Positions 1 through 12,974 of a stretch of 64,000 bases of DNA are shown here, in pieces. This stretch comes from Zygnema circumcarinatum SAG 698-1b. Lineage: Eukaryota; Plantae; Zygnematophyceae. The notes beneath the pieces were generated by a model, which did not search any database, was not told where the DNA came from, and saw nothing but the letters and a program-made list of their open reading frames with translations. Where the stretch lies: NCBI GenBank assembly GCA_037447605.1, contig CM074812.1:806001-870000 (forward strand), written 5' to 3'. Positions within the stretch are counted from its first letter, which is position 1; each line of letters opens with the position of its first letter. A program made the translations under genes and the position numbers.

Positions 1-3000
1 TTCAGTGGCAACTACCTTATGAGCTACAACACCCGAAACGTGCAGGCCACGCATAGCAACTGCTGCGGCATTTCGTGCTGCACCGGCACTAGCAACTGCT
101 GCAAAACTGCTCGGCTTTAAACCCTTTGTCACTGCTCCACTCAACTCTCCATTGCTTTCTGTGCTCCCTTCCTTTGCCAAGCTTGGAGCTCCTGCTTCTA
201 GAACAGATGAGAATGAAGGCGCATTAGGCCATGGTACTGTAGGAAGGGTTTGGGGACCTTGAGAGGATGGAGCTGTAGGGACAATACCATCTGTGCTTAA
301 GGCAGAACCATTACTTGAAGTGTTTGTAGATGTTCCATTGGCAATTGACATTCCCGGAGGGACTCCATGTGCAACCACTACTTGTCTTGCCCTAACTTTT
401 ACTTGCTGCTGCATTACAAGAGCAGCAGTTTGCTTTACAGTAGAATCGAAAATACCCTGCCGGATAGGAGGGGATGATCCAGGAGTTACTAACGCAGGAA
501 TAGTTCCATCAGTATGCCTAAGGAGGGAAGAATTGGTGTTTCCAACACCCATAGTTCCATTAGCCTGCGGTCTGCTTGTAATGGATGAAGCTGATGAAGC
601 CCCAGGAGATGTGCTAAGGATTAAAGCAGGCACAATAGGAGGAGGATGAGCGCTTGCTTGAATGACTCTTCCACTCAAAACTGCAGCAGAGGGTCGGTAG
701 ACTCCCTGGGCTGCAGAAATTGGAACTACAGTTGTCCCAGCTGCTACATGTGTACTTGATACCGAGGGTGGGCCGGGCCCGGAAACTCCCACGGTTCGCA
801 ACTTAGCAGAAGGAGGGGCTGCTACTTTCGTCTGTAAAACTGCTTTAGCTGTAGCTGCCTTAGACCCCCTGCAAAGGACAACGATGATTGTAATGCCCTT
901 TTAGTGAATGAAATGGGCTCCCTTTCACTCAACTCCTGCAGAGCAAATTGCTGGTGTTTCAGAGTAGATATGCTAAAATGGACTTACCAGGATGCAGCAG
1001 GAGGTAAACCACTAGTTCTTGGGACAGCAGCTACAGGAGTTGCTATTGTTGGCTTTGCAGGGGTAACATTAGGCTGCCCAGAACTCAGCAGTTGGGTTGG
1101 AGGTGGTGGTTGAGCCGGGGAGACAGCAACCGGAACATGGGCCGTCTGAAATGCGGCCCATCCATTACAAATACAGAGGGAGAAATGGTTGGGCTCAAAC
1201 ATTTGTGACATGTTCCACAAATTATTTGGGCACTACAACCAGGAAAAGTAGTCTAAGCGGAATGCAAGCCCTTTTGAAGGACTAAATCAGCCAAAAGCGA
1301 ACACACGTATGATAATTAATAGCACATTTTAGGAACGTTCCCTGAAAAACGGTTTTTGAACACTCACGGAATTTGGAAGGGAATGGAAAGACAATCTAGA
1401 AAACACTTTCATGATTGAAACTGAGTGCATCTCTCTCACTGAAACTGATTGTATCTCTCTCACCATAACAGGAACAGGATCTGGAGGAGGAGGAGGAAGA
1501 CCAGGTCCCGTCCGCCGAGCAGGAGGATGTGTCAAATCATGGAAGGTTTGATGCTTACTGCGCAGGGTTAAAACAGCAATTTTGAGAAGGAGATGTATCA
1601 GAGGCCTTTCTTGAGCTTGAGAATCTGAACCAGTTTAAAGGGTACATAAGCTCGTTAAGGTAGCGGTCCAACATCCAGAGAGATAAGGGCACAGACATAT
1701 GCTTCTCACCTGCCATACTTGGTAAGCATCTCCTCCTTGGTGAAGCTGTCCTCTTGAGTACCAATTTCATGGAGGTAAAGACAGTCAGGATTGTTGCAGG
1801 TCTGCAGGTTCAACACTGATTTTTCCGTTACGATAGCCGGAACAGGACGACACAACCCTTTAAGCTTGCCAGTCCTTTCTAAGTAAAGCATCACCTGCAA
1901 ATGCTAAGATCTTTAAATACATATTAACTTAAGCAAAAAAAGGAAGGAAACATACCACATTTTTTAGCCATGCATTACAATATTTCGTTGTTCCAAAGCA
2001 GGCCCTGCCACAGAAAAACAAATAATATCCCATCAGTACTGTCCTGAACCAGTGTCAGATATTCTAGTTGAAGGTAACAGTTCCAAATCATGCAGCCAAT
2101 TAAGCAAAGCATAGTTAAACCACAAGTTTGTTATTCGAACAAAAGGCAGTTGGCATCAATGCAATCAGTAGGGCAAACCATACTCACCTCAGCTGCTTCG
2201 TTTCCAACATGCACCCGTCGACAGCCTGAATGCATTTCAGGGCATCCTCTTCTTTCACAAACGTCACGTACCTGCAAGAATGACAGCATCTTAAAAAAAA
2301 GTGGCTGCCAGTTCCATTTCACTGCAAAGACAAAGTTAGCAAAGGCATCATCTGACAGACACAACCGGAAGATGACATCACAAAAAGTCAATGAGTAGCA
2401 GATGCCAGCAGAGATTGAATGGAGAAACGGGAAACATACACGCTTGCTGTCGGACCGTTGCCCGAATGCGGAGCATTATAGGCACTTGCGCGTGAAACGG
2501 CAATTTTCAATATTTTACCATATTGTCCAAAATACTCTCGTCGCTCCAAAACCTGGTTTAACAACGAAAACACAATAATCAAACAACTTTCAGGATGAAG
2601 GCATAATGAAGCCACTCAAATCAGCTGAAGAGCCCACTGACAGTTCCAGGACCCTGGCAAGAAGAACTCGAAGAAATATTAAGTGAAAACTTAAATACTC
2701 TCAGCAGACTGCATCAGGAACCCTTCCATATTCTGCCCAGCATTCACTCTTTTGCTCGAGCTATAGAACGATGATAAAACGGAAAAAGAGATCGGATGAA
2801 ACAGCGGTACCTCCTCATCGGCAATGTTTAATGGCAGCCCCACAACATAAACAAGGTTTCGCTGCACAACTCGCACATTGCTCAGATGCTTCCGACCATC
2901 AGTCGGACGTGTCTTCAGCTTCGGACCCTTCTGCTTCTTGTCGCTGTTCGATTCATTCAATCTGTCAAAGGAAAGACGAATGATACTTCCTCTCAATTTG

Positions 3001-3897
3001 CTTCGTTCTCTGTTATGAAGTGGCGAAAATGACATACAGTTCGCGAGAGGGACTGTCGCTGAGGTACAAGTGAATGCATAGCCGTTGCAAGACAAAACCA
3101 CATTTCTGCTCGCAAAATAATGTATTTCCACTGAGGAGGCTAAACGTTTAAACGCTCACGCTCACGCTCACATGTCTAACAGATGATTGCCTTACGCCAT
3201 CATAATAAAAACCCCCGAGGAGTAAGGCTCTAGTGGAATTTCCTCATCACACCGCTAAAATGAGCATGCCCTGATGCCATTGATTCAAACAATGCCCTCT
3301 GCAGATGGAATAGAAGCCCTTGAGAGCAATTCTGACTGATGATACTGATTCTGCACTCACTCTTCCGGCTCAGGAGGCGATGCAGAAACAATCTTTTCCT
3401 TGTCGTACGGTGTGCGGCATGCAGGACATCGCCCTTCCGCGTTGTTCTTTCCAGCCAATTCCATAATTTGATGCCAGCACCAGAGACATATCTGCGAACG
3501 CGCTCACGCAAATCACATGAAGGTGAATCTCGCTACTCTTGCTAAAAGCATCATATTGCAGCTAATGCTTGACCACACAACAGTATGTCAGCTACCCTCA
3601 CATAGACACTGGAAATTCCATATGGTCGCTTGAATTTGGATAAAGTCAATAAAGGCGGAAAGGCTGCAAGGAGATGATCAGATAGGAGCATATCATATCA
3701 AATTCACTAGAGTTAGTAGAAGAATCTCTGAAGAAATGAATGAAGCTCCAGGAGCATCACCACTTATCCGAAATCTGAAAAACTTGTCTCCTTACTTGGT
3801 ATCCGCATTGACATGGTTGAAACCTCCTGTCAGTGAGGTCCATCTCCTCCATGCACAGCGGGCACACATGGTCCGCATCATCGCTTCCGCTCTCCAT
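1..3897 (-). CDS. NOT4: NOT4-like (CCR4-NOT) RING + RRM E3 ubiquitin ligase, multi-exon, 3' end beyond window start
   Basis: Exon 3796-3897 reads MESGSDDADHVCPLCMEEMDLTDRRFQPCQCGYQ and exon 3361-3491 reads ICLWCWHQIM...GRCPACRTPY (C4C4 RING). RRM exons at ~2810-2990 (LSNVRVVQRNLVYVVGLP), ~2435-2555 (EYFGQYGKILKIAV) and ~2190-2272. Then ACFGTTKYC and CNNPDCLYLH (CCCH), LPPAASW at 986-1146, and a long low-complexity exon from 868 to <1. Splice junctions are GT-AG. Confidence 0.95.
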
Positions 3898-4475
3898 CCT
3901 TCGCCGCAGAGAAGTAAAGAGAGCCTCCCTTCAAGAAACCCTAATTTTGACGACCCCTTCTGAGCCAGGCTATCTCAAAGCAGCAGCAGAAGCACAGCAG
4001 CAGTCTGCTCAAACCCTGTACTCCTACGTCCAGAGAGGGTCTCCGCATACTGAACAAGAGCGAGATAGGAGGGTGGGAGGGGAGTAGGGAAGGGAGAGGG
4101 AACAAGGACGAAGGGAGCTGAGAGATAGGGGAAAAGCGAGAGAGACGGGAAGGGGACGATGAAGAAAGGGGGCTGGAGGGAGCGAATGAGGGAGAGGGAG
4201 ACGCGCCAAGATAGAGAGAGAGAGCGAGGAGAGGAATGGAACGAGGAAAGAGAAAGTACGAGAGTCAATAGGAGAGGGGAAGGGAGGGGCGACTCAGAGG
4301 GGCGGGTATTGCGGGGTCAGAGCGGGAGGTAGCACTGAAGCCATGGCGGACAGTTGGCGAGAGAGCGAGAGGAGAGAGGGAGCGGTGGGAGGGGGAGGGG
4401 AGGCGCCGGCTGCCTCAAATGGAGGGAGTGGCCTAAAAATGTAAAAAGAACCTGAAATTTAGGGTTTTGGGAAAG

Positions 4476-4570
4476 CATGGCATGGCAAGGCATGGCATGG
4501 CATGGTGGCATGGGTCGGGATGGGATGGTGTCGCGCGGACCCATGGCCATGGTCCCATGGGCAACCCATG
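4476..4570. repeat. (CATGG)n-type pentamer microsatellite upstream of NOT4
   Basis: gcatggcatggcaaggcatggcatggcatgg plus nearby ccatgg palindromes. Same unit as the array at ~15989-16230. Confidence 0.8.
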
Positions 4571-5616
4571 ACTCATGTGCGCGTGTGATTTGCTTCGTGT
4601 GAGTTTGTGGCGACTGATGACATCTAACTTCGCTTATCAGCGTAAGAATGATGTGTATGTGCTTATGGCATGTTATGTACCATCTCTTGATGTCTACCAT
4701 GGTATGTATGATGTGTACCATGTCATGTTGTGTACCACATCAATGCCAAAGACAAAGGCCTTTCTTTTTTCACCTAGCATAGGTTTCTATATGTACTACA
4801 TACCAACAGTAAGAATTATGCCTATGGGTATTCGAGAGATTTTGCATTGGTCCAACGATAACAACGCCACCAAGTAAATGTATGTGGACAGAGACAACAT
4901 GTAGGACCAATGTGAACTGGTGTGTTGAATGTGCTATTTTCTTTATGTTATTAGACAGTAGGTATATTCCGTCAACTTAAATAGCTCCACTATTCATAAT
5001 TTTCACCAGAGGGTCCTTGAAGCAGCGACGACTGATAGCTATGTAGATAGATTTATGAATTACTGTCAGTCTCGTCTGTGAAGGAAATGACCTGAACGAA
5101 CTGAATGAACAAAGGCACGTTGTACAACATCCTCATCCTCATTCATACACTCATGAGTATGTCCCCTCAACTAAGTATGTACACATATGTACACACCCCT
5201 TTGTAGACCTCTTTACATGCCCACACACAACTATGCCAAGACAAGCACGACCCATCCATCATTGCTCCTACAAAGCCTTATTTACTTTCAATCTGTGGTG
5301 ATTTCACCACACTGAGCTCCACACTGCCCCCTGCACTCCCCAATACCTGCCTTCCCCAGCCCTCCAATCAGCCCATTGCTCACACCTCTGAACTGTACCC
5401 CTCTCTGCCTCCCCACAATCACAGGACACCCCATTTCTCAATCCCTCCATTGGCCTCTACCAAAGAATCGGCTCCGCCAACCTCTTCATACCAAGTCATG
5501 TCATGTCATGTTATCTTATCATAAGGATGTTTCCCAATGTATCGGCCAGCTCGTACTTAACGGCGCCTCTGAAATCTGACCCATACAAATCTTCAAGAAT
5601 ATGAGAGATGTTAACC

Positions 5617-8600
5617 TCAGTGCCCGCTTGTGTCTACCTCCCCAATACTAGCAGCTAATTGGCCATAGCCTCCGCTATTGGGAGGGTAGCCCTCCCCTTC
5701 AAGTCCCGGAGCAGCGTTCTGTCCTGTGGTAGAGGAGCCCCCTTGAGACCACCTCGGATCCGCATAGACAAGGCCGGCACTGCCCCCACTTGGAACTCCC
5801 ATACTATCTACTTGGCCTCCTCCATAATTGCTTTGGTGAGACATCGGCGTTCCCCCCTGAGACCCCTCAACCTGTGGCACCATCATCAATAGGAATGAGG
5901 GTGTGGAGAGAGGGGAGAGAGTGGAGTAGGGGGGAGACAAAGGGAGGCAGAGGGGGAACAATTACATTAAAAAAAAAAAAAAAACATTGCCGCCAGTAGG
6001 GTTACGAACGAGGAGTCAATACAATCGATCATTTGTTCAGCTATTCTTCAAGTCCAGCCTCTAGTTTGGTTCTAGCAGTTCTTAATCGAGTATAACATCT
6101 GAAAAAGCAACAGGCATCATTAGCTCATGGGGCATGACATTGGCTCTGCACCGCAGGGAAAGCTGCAAACAGTCGGCACAAACGATTCGTTTTGAAAGCA
6201 GTCCCTCCCTCTCCCTCTCTCTACCTTACCACACACAACCTGATCCGTTCATCACTGGCCTACCTGTTGCTCACTCCCATGTGTTGGCCCATAACTAGGA
6301 GCATTCTTGGCACCCTCCTGCGGCCGATGAGCGGGAGATGCAGCTCCTCCATGAGCTGATGAGGGTCTCCCAAGCTGAAGCCCTGCCTGCAAGGCATGCT
6401 GGGCAGCAGCATGCTCTTGTTGCCCAGAACTTAGTTGCGATTGTTGTTGATGCTGCTGCTGCTGACCCGCTTGCTGATTAGATGGCTGAGCTTGTTGGGT
6501 TTGCTGGCCCACTACCTGCTGCTGCACCGATTGCATGTTTTGCTGAGATGGCAAATGCTGCTGCATGGCCGGATGTTGCATGGAGTGCGAAGGATATCCA
6601 CCAGGATATGGGTGAGGGTGCATGTATGCCGGGTGGGCCATCTGCTGAGGGGAATAGGGCTGCATTGATGGCATGGGTTGCCCATATGGTGGACCATACA
6701 TCGGCTGCTGGTAGGGTGAATTCTGGTAGGGACCATTGAGGTGGGGCTGCATCTGCTGATTCTGCATAGCCTCATCCATTCTGCCTCGTTTCATGCCATG
6801 TAGAGGACCCATCATACCCATTCCTCCCCCCCCCATCGGCACGTTATTGCCACCCATCGCCCCTTGCATGACCTGCCCCATTGGTCCTGCCATTCCTCCA
6901 ACACCTCCCACCATTCCTTGCCCCATGGGAGCACTCACCATGGCCTGCCCTGACATCATCCCATGCTGCCCAAAACCCATGTACTGCGAATGTGCAGGAT
7001 GGCCATGAAGCATCTGTGGGGGTCCCGACTGCCCCACTCCGCTCCCACTCTGCACTCCTCCCATGCTGCCAGCTGGCATCCCCCCCATGTTGCCAGGTGG
7101 CATCCCCCCCATGTTCCCTGCTTGCATGCCCCCCATGTTGCCAGGCGGCATGGCCCCCATGCTACCGGCAGGCATAGCCATGCCAATACTTGATTGTTGG
7201 CGACCAAGAGCAACCCCATTGCCTGTCCTGGGATTGCCCCCTGAAGGGGCCAAAAGCTCTGAAGGGGGGGGGGGTAGCACTGGCAAAGAAGAGTCAAAAC
7301 TTCCTGCAGGGCATTCGCCTGCAGTTTGGGCTTCTCCTGCTTCTCCAGCCCCCCCTGCTGCATCTCCCCCTCCTCTGTTTACAAGAACTGCACCTGCTTT
7401 CTGTTGTTCCTGTATGATCTGCTGGAGATACTTCCCCTGAGCCTCAATCTTCAGCTGCAGAGAACGTTGCACCTGCGTCCCAATCGATTTTCCGCTTCGT
7501 CACTTTCAGTATTGTTCGCAAACCACGATTTGGAGTTCGTAAGTGTGATTGTTTGTTTATAAAGCCTCGATCTATGTCATCAAAGAATGGCAGCAATTCA
7601 GATGGACGATCTGCTCCACTCTACAGTTGTTAGTGGGAGGGAGAAATGCTAAATGGATACAAGCATTCACACTGTTGCAGGAAACCCGGGATAAGGTTTC
7701 CGCTCAACAAAAGAATATACAGAACAAATCCCTTTTGAAGGTCGATAGACTTAATTCATAACACAAGCATCCATGCACTTTAAGACATCTATGAACATCC
7801 AGCTGTATTATTGCACTACAACTAAGTTAGTTGAGTCGTTGGTTAAACCTTCCCTGAGCTCACCTCCAACTGTTCATGCAGCCGTTTTTGCACTTCCATT
7901 TGCATACGAAGTGCTTCCGTTATTTGCATTCCACGCGAGCTCCTGCACGCTTCCCACTCGCACCCTTCACTAAAAACAAATGGAGGCAAAATGCACAACG
8001 CTATGGCGATCACATGCTTCAAACCCACAATGAAAAATCTTACTCAACAGCACCAGCTCAACGAACAAAAAACAGAAGAAAACTGTCCATACTGTCTATT
8101 TCACAACAGGAGAAACCTTCAACAGCCCAAAGGTTCATACTGAGTAGCTGATGAAAGAATCACTACCATTAAAGGGACTTCTCAGAATTGGCCTACCAGA
8201 TATCTCACCTTACTTACCCTTCCTTACCAGGTTAGCCTACTTGAGGCTTGCCAAGTCTCTCACAGTCAGATAAGTACTATGGACCCCTTCACTGAAACAA
8301 AGAGAGAATTGTGGTGACAGGAAACGTGGAGTTCGAGGGGTCCTTACTCTGTGTTAGTCAGTGGATCTGTTGTTCCTTTTTTCGACGGTTTATCCACCTT
8401 TGTAACAGGGGGAGTCACAACTGAAAACACCCGCAAGAAAATGCAATTCAATACTGGTTGGAAAAGGAGACCCGTTTAGAGTTCTACAGCTATCATATAC
8501 CTCACCTCCAAGTCACAACATTCTGTGAGCTCTCACAGAAATCACGATTATCTAAGTTTTCCTGACATAAGACAATCTAATCCAAGCTGGCTGCTTCATA

Positions 8601-11208
8601 CAAACTGCGTTGCCTCACCTTTGTCTCGATCTACAGATGCTGTTGCAGGAAGATACTTCGCCAGCCTATATTTCTGATATCCAACATTTAAAAACAGAAA
8701 AAACCCCACCAAAGGCCCGCCTTGAGCCCGCTGCCAGGTTCTAACTCGATGATCAAATCCACATGAGACCTAGAAACAAAACATATCCAGATGTTTTCCA
8801 GAAGAAATGGAGCAAGCATCTTTAGATATATTGGTTTGCAAAAAGTGCAGGCTTCCACCACCTGGTCGACACAACAATGAAATAGTGTAGAAGTGAGAAT
8901 ATAAAACATTCTTTGCAGCGAGGGCAGCAGGGAAAATGCCCGTACCTGCAAATGGCTCTTCACATGGTAAATGGTGAGACCTTGAACCCCCATCACTCGC
9001 AGCACTCCCTTTGGTGTTGCTCCTGAACCCTCCCAAAGTCCCGCCTTCAGCCATCTCCTCACACAAATCCTCCTTTCCTCACATGATACTTCAATTCCAC
9101 TCAACAATACAATCTTCAATCTTGCGTGAATCTACCTGATACACCCAGGCTACTTGATCCTACATCCTACTGCCTTCCTTCCATCGGGCTTCCCTCAATT
9201 TACCTTCACAGAGACCAGTAGTTACTGCTACCTTTCACGACTCTGTAGACAATGACATCACACCAGCCATTAAACATCTTTCACAACAGTAGAACCTTTG
9301 AAATAAAGTCTCTCTTAAAGTCTCTTAGTCTCTTAAAAGTACTTACTATCAGCTCCACCAAGCTGGGCAACAGCATCCACAAAGCGTTCGTGCAGTTCTG
9401 GGGTCCACCGAAGTCGCTGTTTAGGGTTTGAAGAAGTGGTGGGAGCTGAAGCGGAAGGACTGGAGGCAGAGCCTGCAGGGAGAGGGGGGAGGAGAGCCCC
9501 TGGAGAGCTTCGAGCTCCCATTGCATTATCTGCAATGGGCCATGGTGCGGGAGGGGGCCCATTTCCTGATGCTAACCGCTTAGTTGTCGGATACATAGTC
9601 TGCCCCCCAAAATACCCACAACAATAGACAACGACAACAAGGGAAAAGTTCCACTTTTGGTCAATTCATGTCTGATTGGGTCCAAACGGTGGAGTTTGCA
9701 GAGAGCTGCTGCTGCAGCTCGTCTTTACAAGGACTCTATCAGAGAGTCATAAAGCTCATTATGCTCTGACGCAAGCTTCATCAGTCCTGCCCTACAAAGC
9801 ATTTTTTGGATCAGTCGTTGCCACAATCAAGCTTCGCTCCCACGAAATCTCAATACCAGTGCTACCACCTTACTCTTACAAAAGTATTCTTCTTTTTCAT
9901 TGATTACTTTTAACACGCTTCATTCATGCGTTACAACACGAACAATGTCCCATTTCTCTCTTCAGTAAAATTGGACCCATGAACTGCCGTTATGAAGTCC
10001 TATACTTAGGCTATGCACTTATTGAACTTTCTTGTGGCAATGTGACCAACTTTTCTCCATTTCTCGAAAACCCTATTTTCCCCAACCCCTCATCATGTAT
10101 ATCTTCTCTAGATGGGCGGGTGGGCGGGTAGGAGAAATGGACATGATAAGCTTTAGGCTTTATAGAACACATCTTAACAATATCTTGAGAACAAACATGA
10201 TGGAACATCTTTAAGGAAGGTAATGGATTCTTGGACCGACAACAAGGAAACATGTTTCACACTTTCCAGAAGAATAAAAGGGGAGCATTGCAGTACACAC
10301 ACTTCCAAGTATCCAAAACACAAAAAAAAGCTTTAGAAGCCGTTAAAGGCATCCAAGAGCCTTACTCTCACCTCCTACACCTCCTCCTCCTCCATACACC
10401 TCCTTTCCCTCACATGCAAAAAAGACCTCAAACTACTTCGAGAACCAAACTTTCCACATACCTCCTCAACTTGCAACAGTTCCGTCCACGCGGTTCCAAT
10501 GGCCTCCTCTTCGGGCGCGTACTCTCCCCAAATGGGCCACTCTATGGGGCCCAGCAAAGCAGTATTGCTGCCTCCAGGGCCTCCCACCTTTCCTTCTCCG
10601 CCTTCCTCTCCACCAAGGTTCGAATCTTCATCCGGTGAACCCAAATAATGGGATGCAAGGTCCTCTCCGGGAGATCCGAGCCTCTCCGCGAGCACCGCTA
10701 GCTCACTCCCACCTTCTGCTCCCCTTCCTGCTTCGACTCCTTGCCCTAAATGTGAGCTAACATCCACTTCTAACTTCACAGTATCGGCTATTGTCAGGGC
10801 AGCCGTTTCAGCAGGAGCCCCAGAGGCTGCGGGAGAGCCTTGAGGAGGAGCGGGAGAGATTCTTCCTTCTTCTGTAGGCCTGCTCTGCTCGCAGGCCGAG
10901 GCGACGTGGCCAGCTGAGCAAGCGCCACCTGTCGCCGTCTCCGTGACTGAGAGGGAGGGCACCGCAGGGGTGGGAGCACCGGAGGACGACGCCCCGGAGA
11001 GAGAGGGGCGAGGGGAGAGAGAGTGGGAGTGGGAGAGAGACGGAGGGAAGGGAGGGGAAGGGGGAGGACGAGGTCCTGCAAAGGAAGCAGCTGAGTGCTG
11101 GCGAGAGGTCATCCCATCGGCTGCCTGCACGCCAGGTGCAGGACGCTCGCCCTCTGGACCATTCAGAAACGTTCGGGCGCAGGGACAGGGGAGAGGGCGG
11201 GCATGCAA
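5617..11208 (-). CDS. PHL: PHR/PHL-type GARP MYB-CC transcription factor (phosphate starvation response family) with long N- and C-terminal extensions
   Basis: MYB exons 9347-9599 (KQRLRWTPELHERFVDAVAQLGGAD), 8946-9022 (RATPKGVLRVMGVQGLTIYHVKSHLQ) and ~8620-8674 (KYRLAKYLP). Coiled-coil exon ~7863-7942 (QITEALRMQMEVQKRLHEQLE), exon 6264-7472 (VQRSLQLKIEAQGKYLQQII...) and last exon 5617-5871. An upstream exon ending at 10462 (GAG|gtatgt, phase 0) can splice in frame to cag|ACT ATG at 9599. The start codon is uncertain (11208, 11112 or 9596). Confidence 0.92.
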
Positions 11209-11965
11209 GGTGGGGAAGGGAGGGGAAGGTGAAACGAGTAATGTGTTTTGGATGGACTTAGGGAGAGGAAAGGAGAGGGAAGGGAAGGGAGGGGGGGGGG
11301 AGGGGGAGGGGGAAGGGGAGGGGGAGGGAGAGGGAGAGGGAGAGGGAGAAGGAACCCTTTCTATTAAGTGAGATTGAAGCGGTATTGGACAAGCCCTTTA
11401 GAGGGGTGTTGAAGGATCCTGACAAGGCTCATCATTTGACCCGAGGAGAAAGAGAAAGCAGAAAGGGTAAAAGGTAGCGGATAAGAGAGAAGGCAGATAG
11501 TGAGCAAAGCGTAAGGAGAAGTGAGAAGAGAGGGAAGCGCAGAGGTGACGGGAGGGATTGCAGAGAAGTAAGCGAAACCTGGAGAGAGAGAGGGAAACAA
11601 TAAAAAACGAGCGAGAGAGGGCTCCTGCAGCGTCAGAGAGACAGTAATGAAAAAGGAGGGGAGGGGAAGAGGGAGACGGAGGGAGAGGGCGAGCGGGAAG
11701 GCGAGAGGAAAAATGGCTTCTCTGAAGTCCATGGGCCGCGCCTCCACCCCGTTCTCCAGGCGGTTCCATGCGGCCACTCCTGTTCCGTTCAACCTCTTCC
11801 AGTCACAGCTGCCGTCTACAAGCCCATTCTATGCATCTCGCACGTGCGCCGTTTCGTTCAGCAGTAAACTGGAACCAGTTACACCTTGTATCCATGATGC
11901 TAGCTGAAATCTGACAAATGTGGGGGGAGCTGGCGGCCTCTGATCCGCTGCGAGGCGGGCACTGC

Positions 11966-11999
11966 CACGTGGCGGCATATTCGGGCCGGCGGCATATTC
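11966..11999. promoter_or_regulatory. G-box (CACGTG) followed by two tandem P1BS-matching motifs (GCATATTC) upstream of the PHR-like gene
   Basis: CACGTG at 11966-11971. GCATATTC at 11975-11982 and 11992-11999, both matching GNATATNC. Function not demonstrated. Confidence 0.45.
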
Positions 12000-12180
12000 C
12001 CATCCGCCTCTGCGCCAAAAGTCGGCGGGCGGCCGCTTGGGGCGCACGCGTCGCAGTTTCGTTCAGCACAGTTCAGTTCGAACGTTCCAGTTAAGACCAG
12101 TGTAGTTTTGTTCTGTCCAGTTCGGGTAGTTCAGTTGAGAACAGTTCAGTTCCGGCGGACGGGCGAGGTCGGGCGATGAG

Positions 12181-12228
12181 GTGGATGGATGGATGGATGG
12201 ATGGATGGATGGATGGATGGGTGGATGG
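12181..12228. repeat. (GGAT)n microsatellite
   Basis: About 10 tandem GGAT units. Confidence 0.95.
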
Positions 12229-12974
12229 TGGTGCACGGAAGGGCACAACACAACACGACACAACTCGCGGATTTTGTACAATGTGTGGAGGGAGAGGGAG
12301 AGGGAGAGGGAGGTGTAAATCATAACGATATAGGAGTTGAATGGTCCATAAAATTGTTCGATGTTGTGCAGTATGGTTGGAACATCTAGCAGTGCCAATG
12401 TAATAAACTGCATTATGTCCAATGGACGATGTTTGTGAAAAATCAAAGTAAACTGTATATGAATTGAACATGGCATTCGCCATGCCACGTGGCAATCAGC
12501 AGTGAGCCATAGTGGTAACATGACATGACGTTGTTGCGATTCAAGCCACATGGCATGATGCTGTCCAGCCACATTGTTGCACACATGTTGCGTGGATTCG
12601 AACAATCGGTGATTGATGATGATGCGGTGGTGCAATGTTCAAGCACTAACATGAGTTTCTGGAACTTGAGGCTGCTAGACGTTTTGTTGGAAATGTTGAA
12701 AGAAGCCGAAGGGCTCTCATGGTCTGATGGGTCCAACAACTTCACATGATGTGTCAACGAGGACAAACGACCGAACACCGTCGACATGTAACTGTCGAGC
12801 TGTGACTGAACTGAACAGAACAAAGAACGGAGCCTTACTATCAACTGTACCACCACACTCCACTAAGAGATATCCATTGGCACGCATAACGGAACTCATA
12901 TTCTTTTCTTTCATTTTCATCTTTATTAAGCAATAATATCAGAAGGTTGCTACAGATTTCCAGTCAGCCCATTC

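Noticed and set aside
5025-5075. miRNA-like hairpin
   Set aside because: The stem is short and bulged, and easily arises by chance.
9660-10110. Extra exons or uORFs within PHL intron 1
   Set aside because: Candidate acceptors lead to early stops and lack convincing donors. They cannot be supported without RNA data.
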